NCBI GenBank assembly: GCA_965213685.1
Contig: CBDBZY010000058.1
Span: forward strand, 31,458 to 95,457
Length of the DNA stretch: 64,000 nt
Origin: a bacterium
GTDB taxonomy: Bacteria; UBA8248
Direction of reading: 5' to 3'
Under the pieces are notes generated by a model. It was not told the DNA's origin. It searched no databases and worked only from the letters and a program-made list of their open reading frames with translations. Of the stretch, positions 16,443-26,829 are shown in pieces; the first letter of the stretch is position 1; each line of letters begins with the position of its first letter. The translations under genes were made by a program, and so were the position numbers.

Positions 16443-18005
16443 TTGCCGCAGCAGCCGGGCCAGAAAAACCCGATAGATGAAATGAAGGAGCTTGCCGCCA
16501 GCGCCCGCGCGCTGGGGGGGGAGGCGGCGAAAGAGCGCCAGCGCAAGCAGGGGAAATTGACCGCCAGGGAGCGGATTCAACTCCTGCTCGACCCGGGCAC
16601 CTTCTCGGAGATCAACCTTTTCGTCGAAACGCGCGCGTCGGATTTCGGGATGGCCGCCAGGCGCGCGCCGGGGGATGGCGTCATCACCGGCAGCGGGCGC
16701 GTGAACGGCCAGCTCGCGTTCGTAGCCGCGCAGGACTTCGGCACCCTCGGCGGCTCCCTCGGAGAGATGCACGCGGAGAAGATCGTCCGGGTACAAGAGC
16801 TCGCCATGAAGGCCGGCGCGCCCATCGTCACCATCCTCGACTCCGGCGGGGCGCGCATACAGGAGGGCGTCCTCGCGCTTCACGGCTACGCGCGCATCTT
16901 CCAGCGCAACACGCACGCATCGGGCGTCATCCCGCAAATTTCCGTCATCCTGGGCCCTTGTGCCGGCGGGGCGGTCTACTCGCCCGCCCTCACGGATTTC
17001 GTCTTCATGGTCGATGGCCTGAGCAAGATGTTCATCACGGGGCCGGACGTCGTCAAGGCCGTCACGGGAGAAGACGTGTCCGTGGAGGAGCTGGGCGGCG
17101 GCGCGGTCCACAGCGCGACGAGCGGAAACGCGCATTTCCTCGCCAAAGACGAGCGCCAATGCTTCGGGATGGTGAAGAAGCTGCTCTCTTTTCTGCCCTC
17201 GAACAACCTCGACGACCCTCCCCTGTCCGACGCGCCGCCGTGGCCGCCCGATGAGAACCCCGATCTGGACGGGGTCGTCCCGTCCGACGCGACGCGCGCC
17301 TACGACGTTCGGGACCTGGTGGCCAACGTCTTCGACGCGGGGGATTTCCTCGAGGTGCAACCGGACTTCGCCAGGAACATCGTCGTCGGATTCGCCCGCC
17401 TGGGCGGGAAGCCCGTCGGCGTCGTGGGGAACCAGCCCGCGCACCTCGCCGGCGTCCTGGACATCGACAGCTCGGACAAGCTCGCCCGCTTCGTGCGCTT
17501 CTGCGACGCCTTCCACCTCCCCGTCATCAACTTCGTGGACGTCCCCGGCTATCTGCCCGGCACCCAGCAGGAATACGGAGGCGTCATTCGCCACGGCGCC
17601 AAGGTGCTCTTCGCCTACAGCGAGGCGAGCGTGCCGAAAATCGCGCTCATCGTCCGCAAGAGCTACGGCGGGGCCTACGTCGCCATGAGCGGATTCGGCC
17701 TGGGATACGACCGCGTCCTCGCCTATCCGTTCGCCGAGATCGCCGTGATGGGCCCCGATGGCGCCGCCAACATCATCTTCCGGCGCGAAATCAGCGAAGC
17801 CCGAGACCCGCAAAGGATGCGCCAGGAGAAAATAGAGGAATACCGAAGCCGCTTCGCCACGCCCTATGCGGCCGCCAGGCTCGGGCTCGTGGACGACGTC
17901 ATCGAGCCGCGCCACACGCGGGGCGCGCTCATCCGCGCCCTGGAGATGACGGCGCGCAAGCGCGAGGACAGGCCGCGGAAAAAGCACGGCAACATTCCGC
18001 TGTAA
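16443..18005 (+). CDS. mmdA: Acyl-CoA carboxyltransferase (methylmalonyl-CoA decarboxylase alpha-like)
   Basis: TARERI, DSGGARIQEG, GPCAGGAVYSP, DVPGYLPG and KKHGNIPL motifs; adjacent to Na+-pump subunits. Confidence 0.85.
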   Translation: MPQQPGQKNPIDEMKELAASARALGGEAAKERQRKQGKLTARERIQLLLDPGTFSEINLFVETRASDFGMAARRAPGDGVITGSGRVNGQLAFVAAQDFGTLGGSLGEMHAEKIVRVQELAMKAGAPIVTILDSGGARIQEGVLALHGYARIFQRNTHASGVIPQISVILGPCAGGAVYSPALTDFVFMVDGLSKMFITGPDVVKAVTGEDVSVEELGGGAVHSATSGNAHFLAKDERQCFGMVKKLLSFLPSNNLDDPPLSDAPPWPPDENPDLDGVVPSDATRAYDVRDLVANVFDAGDFLEVQPDFARNIVVGFARLGGKPVGVVGNQPAHLAGVLDIDSSDKLARFVRFCDAFHLPVINFVDVPGYLPGTQQEYGGVIRHGAKVLFAYSEASVPKIALIVRKSYGGAYVAMSGFGLGYDRVLAYPFAEIAVMGPDGAANIIFRREISEARDPQRMRQEKIEEYRSRFATPYAAARLGLVDDVIEPRHTRGALIRALEMTARKREDRPRKKHGNIPL

Positions 18006-18020
18006 GGCGAGGATTTTCCG

Positions 18021-18341
18021 GTGGATGCATTCGCACCCGGCATTTTGCTGACCATCCTGGGCATGGGCGTCGTCTTCAGCTCCCTCCTCGTCCTGATGGC
18101 GGTCATCCATCTCCTGGAAAGAGCCCTGGGCACCGGGCGGCCACAGGAGAACGCGGCGCAGGAACGGACGGAGCGCCCGCCGGAGGAGGAAGACCTCGCC
18201 ATCGTTCTCGCGGCCGCCGCCGGGCACTTCCTGGAGACGGAGGGCGCCGAGACGCGCATTCCGCAGGTGCGCCGCGGCCAGCACTCCGTCTGGGCGCGAA
18301 CCGCCCGCCTGGGCCGCCTCGGCCAGCGGGTGCGGCGTTGA
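18021..18341 (+). CDS. OadG/MmdD-family membrane subunit of a Na+-translocating decarboxylase
   Basis: N-terminal TM helix LGMGVVFSSLLVL, AIVLAAAA, and SVW...R tail. Confidence 0.85.
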   Translation: MDAFAPGILLTILGMGVVFSSLLVLMAVIHLLERALGTGRPQENAAQERTERPPEEEDLAIVLAAAAGHFLETEGAETRIPQVRRGQHSVWARTARLGRLGQRVRR

Positions 18342-18411
18342 GGAACTCTCAGGGGCCCGCGGTTTCGCCGGCCCCCGGGGCCCGGGCGGACGCGGACCAG
18401 CGGAGGCGGCG

Positions 18412-18825
18412 TTGAGAGATTTTCATCTGACCATCAACGGAAAGCGCTACGCGGTGCGCGCCGGGCGCGACCCTGACTCGAACGATCTCCTCATCACGAT
18501 AGACGGGCGGACGCACCGCGTGCAGGTGGAAGAGGAGGAGACGGGCGCCTCCGCCGGCGTCCGCCCGCCCGCCGCCGCCGCAACGCCCAGGCCGCCGGTG
18601 CGCGGCGGGGGCGGGGGAAAGATACTGGCCCCCCTGCCGGGGGTGGTCCTGTCCGTCGAGGCGGCACCTGGCGACGCGGCGCGCGCGGGAGACACCCTGA
18701 TAGTCCTCGAGGCGATGAAGATGGAAAACGTGATCGCGGCGGATTCGGACTGCGTCGTTCAGGCGGTGCACGTGCGACAAGGCGACAAGGTCGAAGCGTC
18801 CCAGCCGCTGATGGACGTTTCATGA
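18412..18825 (+). CDS. Biotin carboxyl carrier subunit (MmdC-like)
   Basis: Ala/Pro linker, APLPG and the EAMKMEN biotinylation motif. Confidence 0.92.
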   Translation: MRDFHLTINGKRYAVRAGRDPDSNDLLITIDGRTHRVQVEEEETGASAGVRPPAAAATPRPPVRGGGGGKILAPLPGVVLSVEAAPGDAARAGDTLIVLEAMKMENVIAADSDCVVQAVHVRQGDKVEASQPLMDVS

Positions 18826-19946
18826 GCCGCCTGTCCTCCCCGGTCGCCGACTTCATCTCCGTCACCGGGTTTTCCGGCCTGGCGGCGGGCGACGTCCTCA
18901 TGCTCGGAATCTCCTGCCTCCTCCTCTACCTGGCCATACGAAAAGGCTTCGAACCCTTGCTCCTCGTGCCCATCGGATTCGGGATGCTGCTCTCCAACCT
19001 GCCCGAAACCGGCATTTTCGATGGCGGCGGCCTCATCCGCTACTTCTATTTCGGGGTGAAGGCCGGCGTGTTTCCGCCGTTGATCTTCATGGGCATCGGC
19101 GCGCTGACGGACTTCGGCCCCCTGCTGGCCAACCCCAGGACGCTGCTCCTCGGCGCCGCCGCGCAGTTCGGCATCTTCGCCACGCTGCTCGGCAGCATCT
19201 TCCTGGGGTTCAGCCTGCCGGAGGCCGGCGCCATCGGCATCATCGGCGGCGCGGACGGCCCCACGGCCATCTACACCGCCTCGAAACTCGCGCCCCACCT
19301 GCTGGGGCCCATCGCCGTGGCCGCCTACAGCTATATGGCGCTCGTCCCCATGATACAGCCTCCCATCATGCGGGCGCTCACCACGGAAGAGGAACGCGGG
19401 CGCGGAATGACGCAGCTCAAGGAGGTCGAGAAATCCGTTCGCATCCTTTTCCCCATCGTCACGACGCTGCTCACGGGACTCCTCCTTCCATCCTCAGCCC
19501 CCCTCATCGGGATGCTCATGCTCGGAAACCTCTTCCGCGAGTGCGGCGTCGTCGAGCGTCTCCTCAAAACCTCCGAGGACGCGCTGCTCAACATGGTGAC
19601 CATATTCCTCGGCGTGTCCGTGGGCGCCTCGATGACGGCCGAGAGCTTCCTGAAATGGGAGACCATCGGGATACTCCTGCTGGGATTCGTCGCCTTCGGC
19701 ATCGGCACCGCCACCGGCGTGATTTTCGGCAAAATCATGGCGGCGTGCAGCCGCACGCCGATCAACCCCCTCATCGGCGCCGCGGGCGTGAGCGCGGTCC
19801 CCATGGCGGCGCGCGTCGTTCAAAAGGTGGGGGCCGACGAGAACCCCGGGAATTTCCTGCTCATGCACGCCATGGGCCCCAACGTGGCCGGCGTCATCGG
19901 CTCGGCCATCGCGGCCGGCGTGCTGATATCCCTCATCCGAACCTGA
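18822..19946 (+). CDS. Na+-translocating decarboxylase beta subunit (OadB/MmdB)
   Basis: [31 protein letters not shown] and [13 protein letters not shown] motifs. Confidence 0.96.
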   Translation: MSRLSSPVADFISVTGFSGLAAGDVLMLGISCLLLYLAIRKGFEPLLLVPIGFGMLLSNLPETGIFDGGGLIRYFYFGVKAGVFPPLIFMGIGALTDFGPLLANPRTLLLGAAAQFGIFATLLGSIFLGFSLPEAGAIGIIGGADGPTAIYTASKLAPHLLGPIAVAAYSYMALVPMIQPPIMRALTTEEERGRGMTQLKEVEKSVRILFPIVTTLLTGLLLPSSAPLIGMLMLGNLFRECGVVERLLKTSEDALLNMVTIFLGVSVGASMTAESFLKWETIGILLLGFVAFGIGTATGVIFGKIMAACSRTPINPLIGAAGVSAVPMAARVVQKVGADENPGNFLLMHAMGPNVAGVIGSAIAAGVLISLIRT

Positions 19947-19961
19947 TGGAGCGAAACCCTC

Positions 19962-21152
19962 ATGGCTGGACCATTGGAAGGCATCCGGGTAGTCGACCTG
20001 ACGCGCATCTTGGCGGGTCCGTATTGCACCATGATGCTGGGCGACATGGGCGCTGAAATCATCAAGATCGAAAACCCCGACGGCGGAGACGACACGCGAG
20101 GCTGGGGCCCCCCCTTCCTGAACGGCGTGAGCACATACTTCCTCTCCATCAACCGGAACAAAAAGAGCCTCACGCTCAACCTCAAGCATCCGCGCGGGAA
20201 GGCGCTTTTGCGGGACCTGATTCTCGAAAGCGACGTCATGGTGGAGAATTTCCGGCCCGGCACCCTGGAGAAACTCGGCTTCCCCTGGGAGGAGATCCAC
20301 CGCATCAACCCCCGGATGATATTCGCCTCGGTCTCCGGCTTCGGGCAAACCGGCCCCCGCAAGAACGAGCCCGGCTTCGACGTCGTCATCCAGGGCGAGG
20401 GCGGGCTCATGAGCATGACGGGAGAACCGGACGGCCCGCCCACCAAGGCGGGCCCATCCATCGCGGACATCACGGCGGGGATGCTCGCCGCCCAGGGCGT
20501 CTTGCTCTCCCTCTATCACCGGGAGAAGACGGGGGCGGGCCAGATGGTCGACGTCGGCATGCTCGACGGGCAGGTGGCTCTGCTCACCTACCACGCGAAC
20601 GGCTACTTCGCCACCGGAAAAACCCCGCCGAGGCGGGGGAACAAGCATCCCTCCATCACCCCGTATGAGACGTACTCGTGCAGGGACGGGTATTTCAACC
20701 TCGGCGTGGGGAACGACAGCCTGTGGAGGAGATTCTGCGACGCGATGGGGCTGGGGAGCCTCAAGGCCGACCCCAGATTCGCCATCAACAAGGAGCGCGT
20801 GCGCCACCGCGAGGCGCTCCAGGCGATACTCGACCCCTTTTTCGCCGAAAAAACGGTCGCGCAGACGCTCGAAACCCTGCGGGGGGCGGGCATCCCCTGC
20901 GGCCCCATCAACACCCTCGGCCAGGTGCTGAACGAACCGCAGGTGCTCGCCAGGGAGATGGTGGTGGACCTCGACGTGCCCGTCGCCGGCCCCACGAAGG
21001 TGACCGGCGTGCCCATCAAGCTCTCCGCAACCCCGGGCGCCGTGCGCACCCCCCCGCCCACCCTCGGCGGACACACGGACGAGGTGCTGGAGGCCATCCT
21101 CGGAATGGATGAAACCCAAAGGTGCGCCCTCCGCCGGGAGGGCGTGGTGTGA
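19962..21152 (+). CDS. Family III (CaiB/BaiF) CoA-transferase
   Basis: LAGPYCTMMLGDMGA, NRNKKS, ENFRPG and catalytic Asp in SIADITAG. Confidence 0.93.
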   Translation: MAGPLEGIRVVDLTRILAGPYCTMMLGDMGAEIIKIENPDGGDDTRGWGPPFLNGVSTYFLSINRNKKSLTLNLKHPRGKALLRDLILESDVMVENFRPGTLEKLGFPWEEIHRINPRMIFASVSGFGQTGPRKNEPGFDVVIQGEGGLMSMTGEPDGPPTKAGPSIADITAGMLAAQGVLLSLYHREKTGAGQMVDVGMLDGQVALLTYHANGYFATGKTPPRRGNKHPSITPYETYSCRDGYFNLGVGNDSLWRRFCDAMGLGSLKADPRFAINKERVRHREALQAILDPFFAEKTVAQTLETLRGAGIPCGPINTLGQVLNEPQVLAREMVVDLDVPVAGPTKVTGVPIKLSATPGAVRTPPPTLGGHTDEVLEAILGMDETQRCALRREGVV

Positions 21153-21318
21153 TGATGACGGGGGCGGACTCTGATGAAATCCCCCCAAAGGGCGCAAGCC
21201 CTTCTCATCGCGCACGGGGGACCTTAAGGTTTGACGGGGGCGGACTGGGAGAGAGGCGGAAATTCTACCTCGTCGGGCACTCGGGGGCCCGGGCAAGCGG
21301 GGTCCGGGGACTTCTGAC

Positions 21319-21987
21319 ATGCGCATACCAGGCGTTCAGATAGAAAAACCCAAGTCGCTGAGCATGATGGTGTCAGAGCAGATAAAGGACGCCATCCGGA
21401 ACGGCATCTTTCAGCCGGGCGACAAGCTCATCGAGACGGCACTGACCGATTCCATGGGCGTGAGCAGAACGCCGCTTCGGGAAGCCTTTCGCGAACTCGC
21501 GGCGGAAGGCTACATCACCATCATCCCCCACAAAGGGGCGTTTGTCAGCCAGGTGAGCGAGGACGAGGTGCTGGACATCTACGCCATCACCAGCGTGCTG
21601 GAGGGCCTCGCCACGCGCCTCGCCACCCCGAGCCTCCAGAGGGGGGAGCCGAGGGAGAAGCTCCTCCAGCTCTTTCATCAACTCAAACGACGCCACGAGC
21701 GCGGCGAGGTGGATTCGTACTGGGCGGCGAATCGCGACTTCCACCAGCACATCACGAACGCTTGCGAGAACTCCAGGCTCCAGGGACTCATCGAGAATCT
21801 CCGGCAGCAAATCATGAAGACCCGCGTGGTGACCCTCCACGCCCCCGGGCGCCTGGACAGCTCCATGAGCGAGCATGAGGAAATACTTCGCGCCATCCTG
21901 GGCGGCGACGGGAGAGGCGCCGAGCGTCTGGTGATAGAACATCTGGAAATTCAGGCGAAATTCGTGCTGGACCTCATCAAGCAATAA
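21319..21987 (+). CDS. GntR-family (FadR/FCD) transcriptional regulator
   Basis: wHTH GVSRTPLREA; FCD-type NRDFH...EH...H. Confidence 0.93.
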   Translation: MRIPGVQIEKPKSLSMMVSEQIKDAIRNGIFQPGDKLIETALTDSMGVSRTPLREAFRELAAEGYITIIPHKGAFVSQVSEDEVLDIYAITSVLEGLATRLATPSLQRGEPREKLLQLFHQLKRRHERGEVDSYWAANRDFHQHITNACENSRLQGLIENLRQQIMKTRVVTLHAPGRLDSSMSEHEEILRAILGGDGRGAERLVIEHLEIQAKFVLDLIKQ

Positions 21988-22034
21988 TCTCCGTCACAAA
22001 CCACGCCCCCCGGCCCCCCGGCGCGGCCTCCGGC

Positions 22035-23147
22035 TCAGAACACCTCCCGCGCGCTCCGGTGCTTCATCCGCAGGGACTCCGCCACGCCCGCGTGCGTGAT
22101 GTGCCCCCTGGCCACGTTCAGGCCGTCGGCGATGTGCGGGTTGCGCATCACCGCCCCGCGCAGGCCCATGTTCGCCAGCTCGAGGGCATAGGGAAGGATG
22201 GCGTTCGACAACGCGATCGTGCTCGTCCGGGGCACGGCGCCGGGCATATTCGCGACGCCGTAGTGGATGACGCCGTCCACGACATAGGTGGGCCTGGAAT
22301 GGTAGGTGGGCCGTATCGTCTCGACGCAGCCGCCCTGATCCACCGCCACGTCCACGACGACCGCGCCCGGGTTCATCTCCCCCAGCATCTCGCGCGGCAC
22401 CAGAACGGGGGGGCGCGCACCGGGAACCAGGACGGCGCCGATGATCAAGTCCGCCTCGCGGACGGCCTCTCGGACGGCGAAGCGCGTCGACACCAGGGTC
22501 TTGACCCGGCCGTCGAAAATGTCGTCGATGTATTCGAGCCGCGCGTGGTTGATGTCAAAAACCGTGACGCCCGCGTGCATCCCGACCGCTATTTTGGCCG
22601 CGTTCTTCCCCACGATGCCCGCCCCGAGGATGACCACGTTTCCCGGGGGAACGCCCGGCGCCCCGGCCAGCAACACGCCGCGTCCGCCCAAGGTTTTCTC
22701 CAGATACTTGGCCCCCTCCTGAACCGCCATTCTCCCCGCTATCTCGCTCATGGGCTGCAGAATGGGCAAAACGCCATCGGGCGAACTCACCGTCTCAAAG
22801 GCGACGCCGGACACCCCTCCACTCACGAGGGCGCGCGCCAGAGGGCGGGAGGCGGCCAGGTGCAGGAAGGCGAACAGAATCTGCCCCTCGCGCATCAGCG
22901 AAAACTCCGATTTGAGGGGCTCCTTGACCTTGACGATCATCTCCCCCTCTTCCCAGACCTCCTCTGCGGAGGAAGCGACGCGCGCGCCCGCCCGCTCGAA
23001 ATCCGCATCCGCAACGCCCGCGCCCAGGCCCGCGCCTCTCTCGACGAGCACGGCGTGCCCGGCCGCGCAGAGTGCCTCTACGGCACCGGGCGAGAGGGCG
23101 ACGCGGTATTCATCCCTTTTGATCTCTCTCGGCAGTCCGATTCTCAT
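22035..23147 (-). CDS. ald: Alanine dehydrogenase
   Basis: REIK..EYRV, KVKEP, PMSEIAG, DVAVDQGG and VANMPGAVPRTST motifs. Confidence 0.95.
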   Translation of the reverse strand: MRIGLPREIKRDEYRVALSPGAVEALCAAGHAVLVERGAGLGAGVADADFERAGARVASSAEEVWEEGEMIVKVKEPLKSEFSLMREGQILFAFLHLAASRPLARALVSGGVSGVAFETVSSPDGVLPILQPMSEIAGRMAVQEGAKYLEKTLGGRGVLLAGAPGVPPGNVVILGAGIVGKNAAKIAVGMHAGVTVFDINHARLEYIDDIFDGRVKTLVSTRFAVREAVREADLIIGAVLVPGARPPVLVPREMLGEMNPGAVVVDVAVDQGGCVETIRPTYHSRPTYVVDGVIHYGVANMPGAVPRTSTIALSNAILPYALELANMGLRGAVMRNPHIADGLNVARGHITHAGVAESLRMKHRSAREVF

Positions 23148-23569
23148 CCAGCGCCCGTCCCGTCTTCCACCACATGAAACGTGCTCTCCGCCTCGGCGAC
23201 GACCCGTCCGTCCCCCGCCCGGGTGGCTCTGCCCTCCAGAACGACGAACCGCCCCCTTTTCTTCTTCAGCCTCCCCTCCAGCAGCAAGGGGGTGCCGACG
23301 GGCAGAGGGTCGCGGTAGCGAATCTCGCTTCGCGCCGAGTACGCGCGGGCACCTCGCAGGAAAAGCCAGTTCGCCATGACGTCATCGAGGACGCTGAAGA
23401 GAATTCCGCCATGGGTGACGCCGTCGTAGCCCTGGTGGAAGGACTCCGGCGTGAACTCGGCGCGGCAGACATCCCCATCGAGCCGAAAGGCGATCCGCAG
23501 ACCCACGGGATTCGCGGGCCCGCAGACAAAACAGCCGTCCGCGTCCGGGCGCCCCCTCGCATCAGACAA
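23144..23569 (-). CDS. PaaI-family thioesterase
   Basis: CFVCG..NP.GL, HQGY.G.THGG and LDD motifs. Confidence 0.88.
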   Translation of the reverse strand: MSDARGRPDADGCFVCGPANPVGLRIAFRLDGDVCRAEFTPESFHQGYDGVTHGGILFSVLDDVMANWLFLRGARAYSARSEIRYRDPLPVGTPLLLEGRLKKKRGRFVVLEGRATRAGDGRVVAEAESTFHVVEDGTGAG

Positions 23570-23600
23570 CGACGCGCCTCCACCTCACTGCGAGCCAAAC

Positions 23601-23627
23601 AAAAAAGGAGAGCCTGCGCGGCTCTCC
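23601..23627 (-). terminator. Rho-independent terminator after rplQ
   Basis: Minus strand GGAGAGCC-gcgca-GGCTCTCC-TTTTTT. Confidence 0.85.
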
Positions 23628-23664
23628 TCTCGAGCGTCTCCCATACGCAGGGGGCCCCCTCCCC

Positions 23665-24087
23665 CTACGCCTCCCCTCGGGCCTCTCTTCTCTTGAGGCG
23701 GCGCTCCCGCCTCTCCTGCTCTCTCGACGTGTCCCTGTCCACCAATTCCAGGAGCGCCATGGGGGCGGCGTCTCCCTGTCGGGGGGGAAGGCGCAAAATC
23801 CGGGTATAGCCCCCGGGCCGGGCCGCATACCTCGGGGCGATGGTGTCCATCAGCTTCGCGACCGCGCCCGGGGTCTTGAGGTAGGACGCGACGCGGCGGC
23901 GCGCGTGCAGCGTGCCTTTTTTGCCCACGGTGATGATGCGCTCGGCGTGGCGGCGCACCTCCTTGGCCTTCGCCAGCGTCGTCCGCACCCTCTCCTCGTC
24001 AATGAGGGAGGTCACCATGTTCCGCGTCATCGCATCCCGATGCTTCGAGGTGCGCCCCAGTTTTCTGCCGTGCCATCGGTGCCGCAT
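23665..24087 (-). CDS. rplQ: 50S ribosomal protein L17
   Basis: MRHR...KLGRTSKHR and RPGGYTRI. Confidence 0.97.
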   Translation of the reverse strand: MRHRWHGRKLGRTSKHRDAMTRNMVTSLIDEERVRTTLAKAKEVRRHAERIITVGKKGTLHARRRVASYLKTPGAVAKLMDTIAPRYAARPGGYTRILRLPPRQGDAAPMALLELVDRDTSREQERRERRLKRREARGEA

Positions 24088-24098
24088 CTGTCTATGCC

Positions 24099-25118
24099 CT
24101 ACCCTTCTTCGGAGTCATCCCGTCCGCCCGGCTCCCGGGGCGTGAGATGCATGTGGCCCAAATCCATTCCGAGGGACATGCCCATCCCCGTGAGAATATC
24201 ACGAATTTCGTTCAAGCTCTTGCGGCCAAAGTTCCGCGTTTTCAGCAACTCGCCCTCCGATTTCTGCACCAGTTCCCCCAGGGTGCGGATTCGCGCGTTT
24301 TTCAGGCAATTATAGCTCCGGACGGAAAGCTCCAGCTCCTCCACGCTTCTGCCGAGACTCTCCTCCATTCTTTTCTTGCGCTCGTCCACCTTGGGCGCCG
24401 GGGACGCATGCTCCTCCTCAAAATTGATGAATATCTGGAGGTTGTCCTTCAGTATTTTCGCCGCGTGGGCGACCGCATCCACCGGGACGACTGTTCCGTT
24501 CGTCTCCACGTCGAGGATCAGCTTGTCGTAGTCCGTGATGTCGCCCACCCGCGTCTTCTCCACCTGGAAGGAGCAGCGGCGGATGGGAGAGAAGATGGAG
24601 TCCATCGGGATGAACTGCGGGCCGAGGCTCAGGTCCACGTTTCTCTCCGCCGGTACGTAGCCGCGCCCGATGTTCGCCACCAGTTCCACGTCGAGCTCCG
24701 CCTCCTCGTTCATGGTGGCGATCTTCACGTCAGGAGTCAGCACCTCCACGCCCTCGGGCGTCTCGACGTCTCCCGCCCGGAACTCGGCGGCGGAACCCGA
24801 ATGCCGATACGACATGTGCGCCGGGGCCTTCTCCGGGTCCACGCGGATGACGACGTCCTTGAGGTTCAGGATGATTTCCGTCACGTCCTCCCTCACCCCC
24901 GGAATGCTCGAAAACTCGTGAAACACCCCCTCGATGCGCACGCCCGTGAAGGCGGAGCCCCGCAGGGAAGAGAGGAGCACCCGGCGAAGCGCATTCCCCA
25001 GCGTGACGCCGTACCCGCGCTCCAGGGGTTCGGCAACGAAGCGGCCGAAAGTATGCGTCAAACTCTCCGCCTGCGGCTCCAGGCCAGTGGGTTTGACCAG
25101 ATCAGCAATAGCCGTCAT
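24099..25118 (-). CDS. rpoA: RNA polymerase alpha subunit
   Basis: EPLERGYGVTLGNALRRVLLSS and LSVRSYNCL; start at ATG25118. Confidence 0.97.
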   Translation of the reverse strand: MTAIADLVKPTGLEPQAESLTHTFGRFVAEPLERGYGVTLGNALRRVLLSSLRGSAFTGVRIEGVFHEFSSIPGVREDVTEIILNLKDVVIRVDPEKAPAHMSYRHSGSAAEFRAGDVETPEGVEVLTPDVKIATMNEEAELDVELVANIGRGYVPAERNVDLSLGPQFIPMDSIFSPIRRCSFQVEKTRVGDITDYDKLILDVETNGTVVPVDAVAHAAKILKDNLQIFINFEEEHASPAPKVDERKKRMEESLGRSVEELELSVRSYNCLKNARIRTLGELVQKSEGELLKTRNFGRKSLNEIRDILTGMGMSLGMDLGHMHLTPREPGGRDDSEEG

Positions 25119-25185
25119 CTCGGTTGGTCCTCCGTTCGGCGATTGATCGCTTTTGGAAAAACGGGTCGAAACGCGCGTGCGCCGT

Positions 25186-25818
25186 TTACTTGGAATACAA
25201 CTCCACAATCTGCTGCGCGTTGATGTCAATTTGAGAGTCGAGCAGGCTGGGCGGTTCCAGAACGCGCGCTTGCAGGTCGGCGTGGTCCACATCCAGCCAG
25301 GCGGGCACCCCGCGCACCTTCCCCTTCTCCGCGCTTTGCACGATGAATCCGTTCTTTTTGCTTTTCTCCTTGACCTCGACGACGTCGCCCTTTCGCACGA
25401 CGAACGCCGGGCGATTCACCTTCTTGCCGTTCACGCGAACGTGGTTGTGAACCACCAGCTGGCGCGCCTGATTCCTCGAATCCGCGAAACTCGCCCGGAA
25501 CACGACGTTGTCGAGCCGGGATTCCAGCAGGGCGAACAGGTTGTCGCCGGTGACGCCCTTGCGCCGCGCCGCCTCCTTGTAATACAGCCGGAACTGCTTC
25601 TCCAGCACGCCGTACACCCGGCGCGCCTTTTGCTTCTCGCGAAGCTGGAGCCCGTATTCGCTCACCTTCCCCCTCGAGCGCGCCGCGCCGTGCTGGCCGG
25701 GCGGGAAGCTGCGCTTCTCAAAAGAGCACTTGTCCCCGATGCAACGGTCGCCCTTCAGGAAGAGCTTCGCCCCCTCCCTTCGGCAGAGCCGACAAACCGA
25801 ATCCTTGTATCGCGCCAA
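25186..25818 (-). CDS. rpsD: 30S ribosomal protein S4 (Zn-type)
   Basis: [14 protein letters not shown] and LESRLDNVV. Confidence 0.97.
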   Translation of the reverse strand: MARYKDSVCRLCRREGAKLFLKGDRCIGDKCSFEKRSFPPGQHGAARSRGKVSEYGLQLREKQKARRVYGVLEKQFRLYYKEAARRKGVTGDNLFALLESRLDNVVFRASFADSRNQARQLVVHNHVRVNGKKVNRPAFVVRKGDVVEVKEKSKKNGFIVQSAEKGKVRGVPAWLDVDHADLQARVLEPPSLLDSQIDINAQQIVELYSK

Positions 25819-25844
25819 AATTCAAACTCCCTCTTTGCCCTGGC

Positions 25845-26246
25845 CTAGACCCGGCGCCGCTTGCGTGGGCGACAGCCATTATGGGGAATAGGCGTTACGT
25901 CACGAATGAAACTCACCTCGAGCCCCGCCGCGGCCAGGGAGCGAATCGCCGCCTCCCGGCCGGAGCCGGGCCCGCTCACGTACACCTCCACCGAGGTGAC
26001 GCCGAGGTCCAGCGCTTTTTTGGCGACGTCGGCGGCGGCCATCTGCGCGGCGAAAGGCGTGCTTTTCCGGGAACCCTTGAAGCCCTGCCCGCCAGCCGTC
26101 GACCAGCAAACCACGTTCCCGGCGGTATCGGAAATCGAGATCATGGTGTTGTTGAACGTCGCCAGTATGTGCGCTTGGCCCTTGCCGATGGCCCTGCGCT
26201 CGCGGCGGCGCTTTCCGCCGCGTTTTCCTCTGCCCGCTTGCGCCAA
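25845..26246 (-). CDS. rpsK: 30S ribosomal protein S11
   Basis: [10 protein letters not shown] and PHNGCRP. Confidence 0.97.
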   Translation of the reverse strand: MAQAGRGKRGGKRRRERRAIGKGQAHILATFNNTMISISDTAGNVVCWSTAGGQGFKGSRKSTPFAAQMAAADVAKKALDLGVTSVEVYVSGPGSGREAAIRSLAAAGLEVSFIRDVTPIPHNGCRPRKRRRV

Positions 26247-26284
26247 TTCAAACCTCCCGCCCTGTCAGGAACAAACCGAAAAGA

Positions 26285-26659
26285 TTACTTGTCCTTTTTC
26301 CTTGCGCCCACCGTCTTGCGAGGCCCCTTCCGGGTGCGCGCGTTCGTGTGGGTTCTTTGCCCGCGCACGGGGAGGCCGCGGCGGTGCCGAAGCCCCCGGT
26401 AGGTGCCGATGTCCATGAGCCGCTTGATGTTCATGGCCACCCGGCTGCGCAGGTCGCCCTCCACCGCGTATCCGCGCTCGATAATCTCGCGCAAGGCCTG
26501 CACCTCGCCCTCGGAGAGGTCTTTCACCTTGGTGAAGACGCTGATGTTCGCCTCCTCGACTATCTTGTTCGCGGAGGTGCGCCCAATGCCAAAGATATAC
26601 GTCAACGCGATGTTGACGTTCTTGTGGTTGGGAATGTCCACTCCGGCAATGCGGGCCAT
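26285..26659 (-). CDS. rpsM: 30S ribosomal protein S13
   Basis: [10 protein letters not shown] and [14 protein letters not shown]. Confidence 0.97.
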   Translation of the reverse strand: MARIAGVDIPNHKNVNIALTYIFGIGRTSANKIVEEANISVFTKVKDLSEGEVQALREIIERGYAVEGDLRSRVAMNIKRLMDIGTYRGLRHRRGLPVRGQRTHTNARTRKGPRKTVGARKKDK

Positions 26660-26682
26660 GCGAATCCTCCTCTGTTTCCGCT

Positions 26683-26796
26683 TCAGCCTTGGCGCTGTTT
26701 GTGTTTCGGGTTCGAGCACATGACGCGCACGACCCCCTTCCGGCGGATGACCTTGCACTTGTCGCACATGGGCTTGACGGAACTTCTCACCTTCAT
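26683..26796 (-). CDS. rpmJ: 50S ribosomal protein L36 (not in the ORF track)
   Basis: Manual translation gives [37 protein letters not shown]. Confidence 0.96.
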   Translation of the reverse strand: MKVRSSVKPMCDKCKVIRRKGVVRVMCSNPKHKQRQG

Positions 26797-26829
26797 GTCC
26801 TGACTCCCGATCGCAGCCGAAAAAAACCC

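Noticed and set aside
16443-18825. Propionyl-/acetyl-CoA carboxylase
   Set aside because: No biotin carboxylase gene; the membrane OadG-like and OadB-like subunits indicate a decarboxylase Na+ pump.
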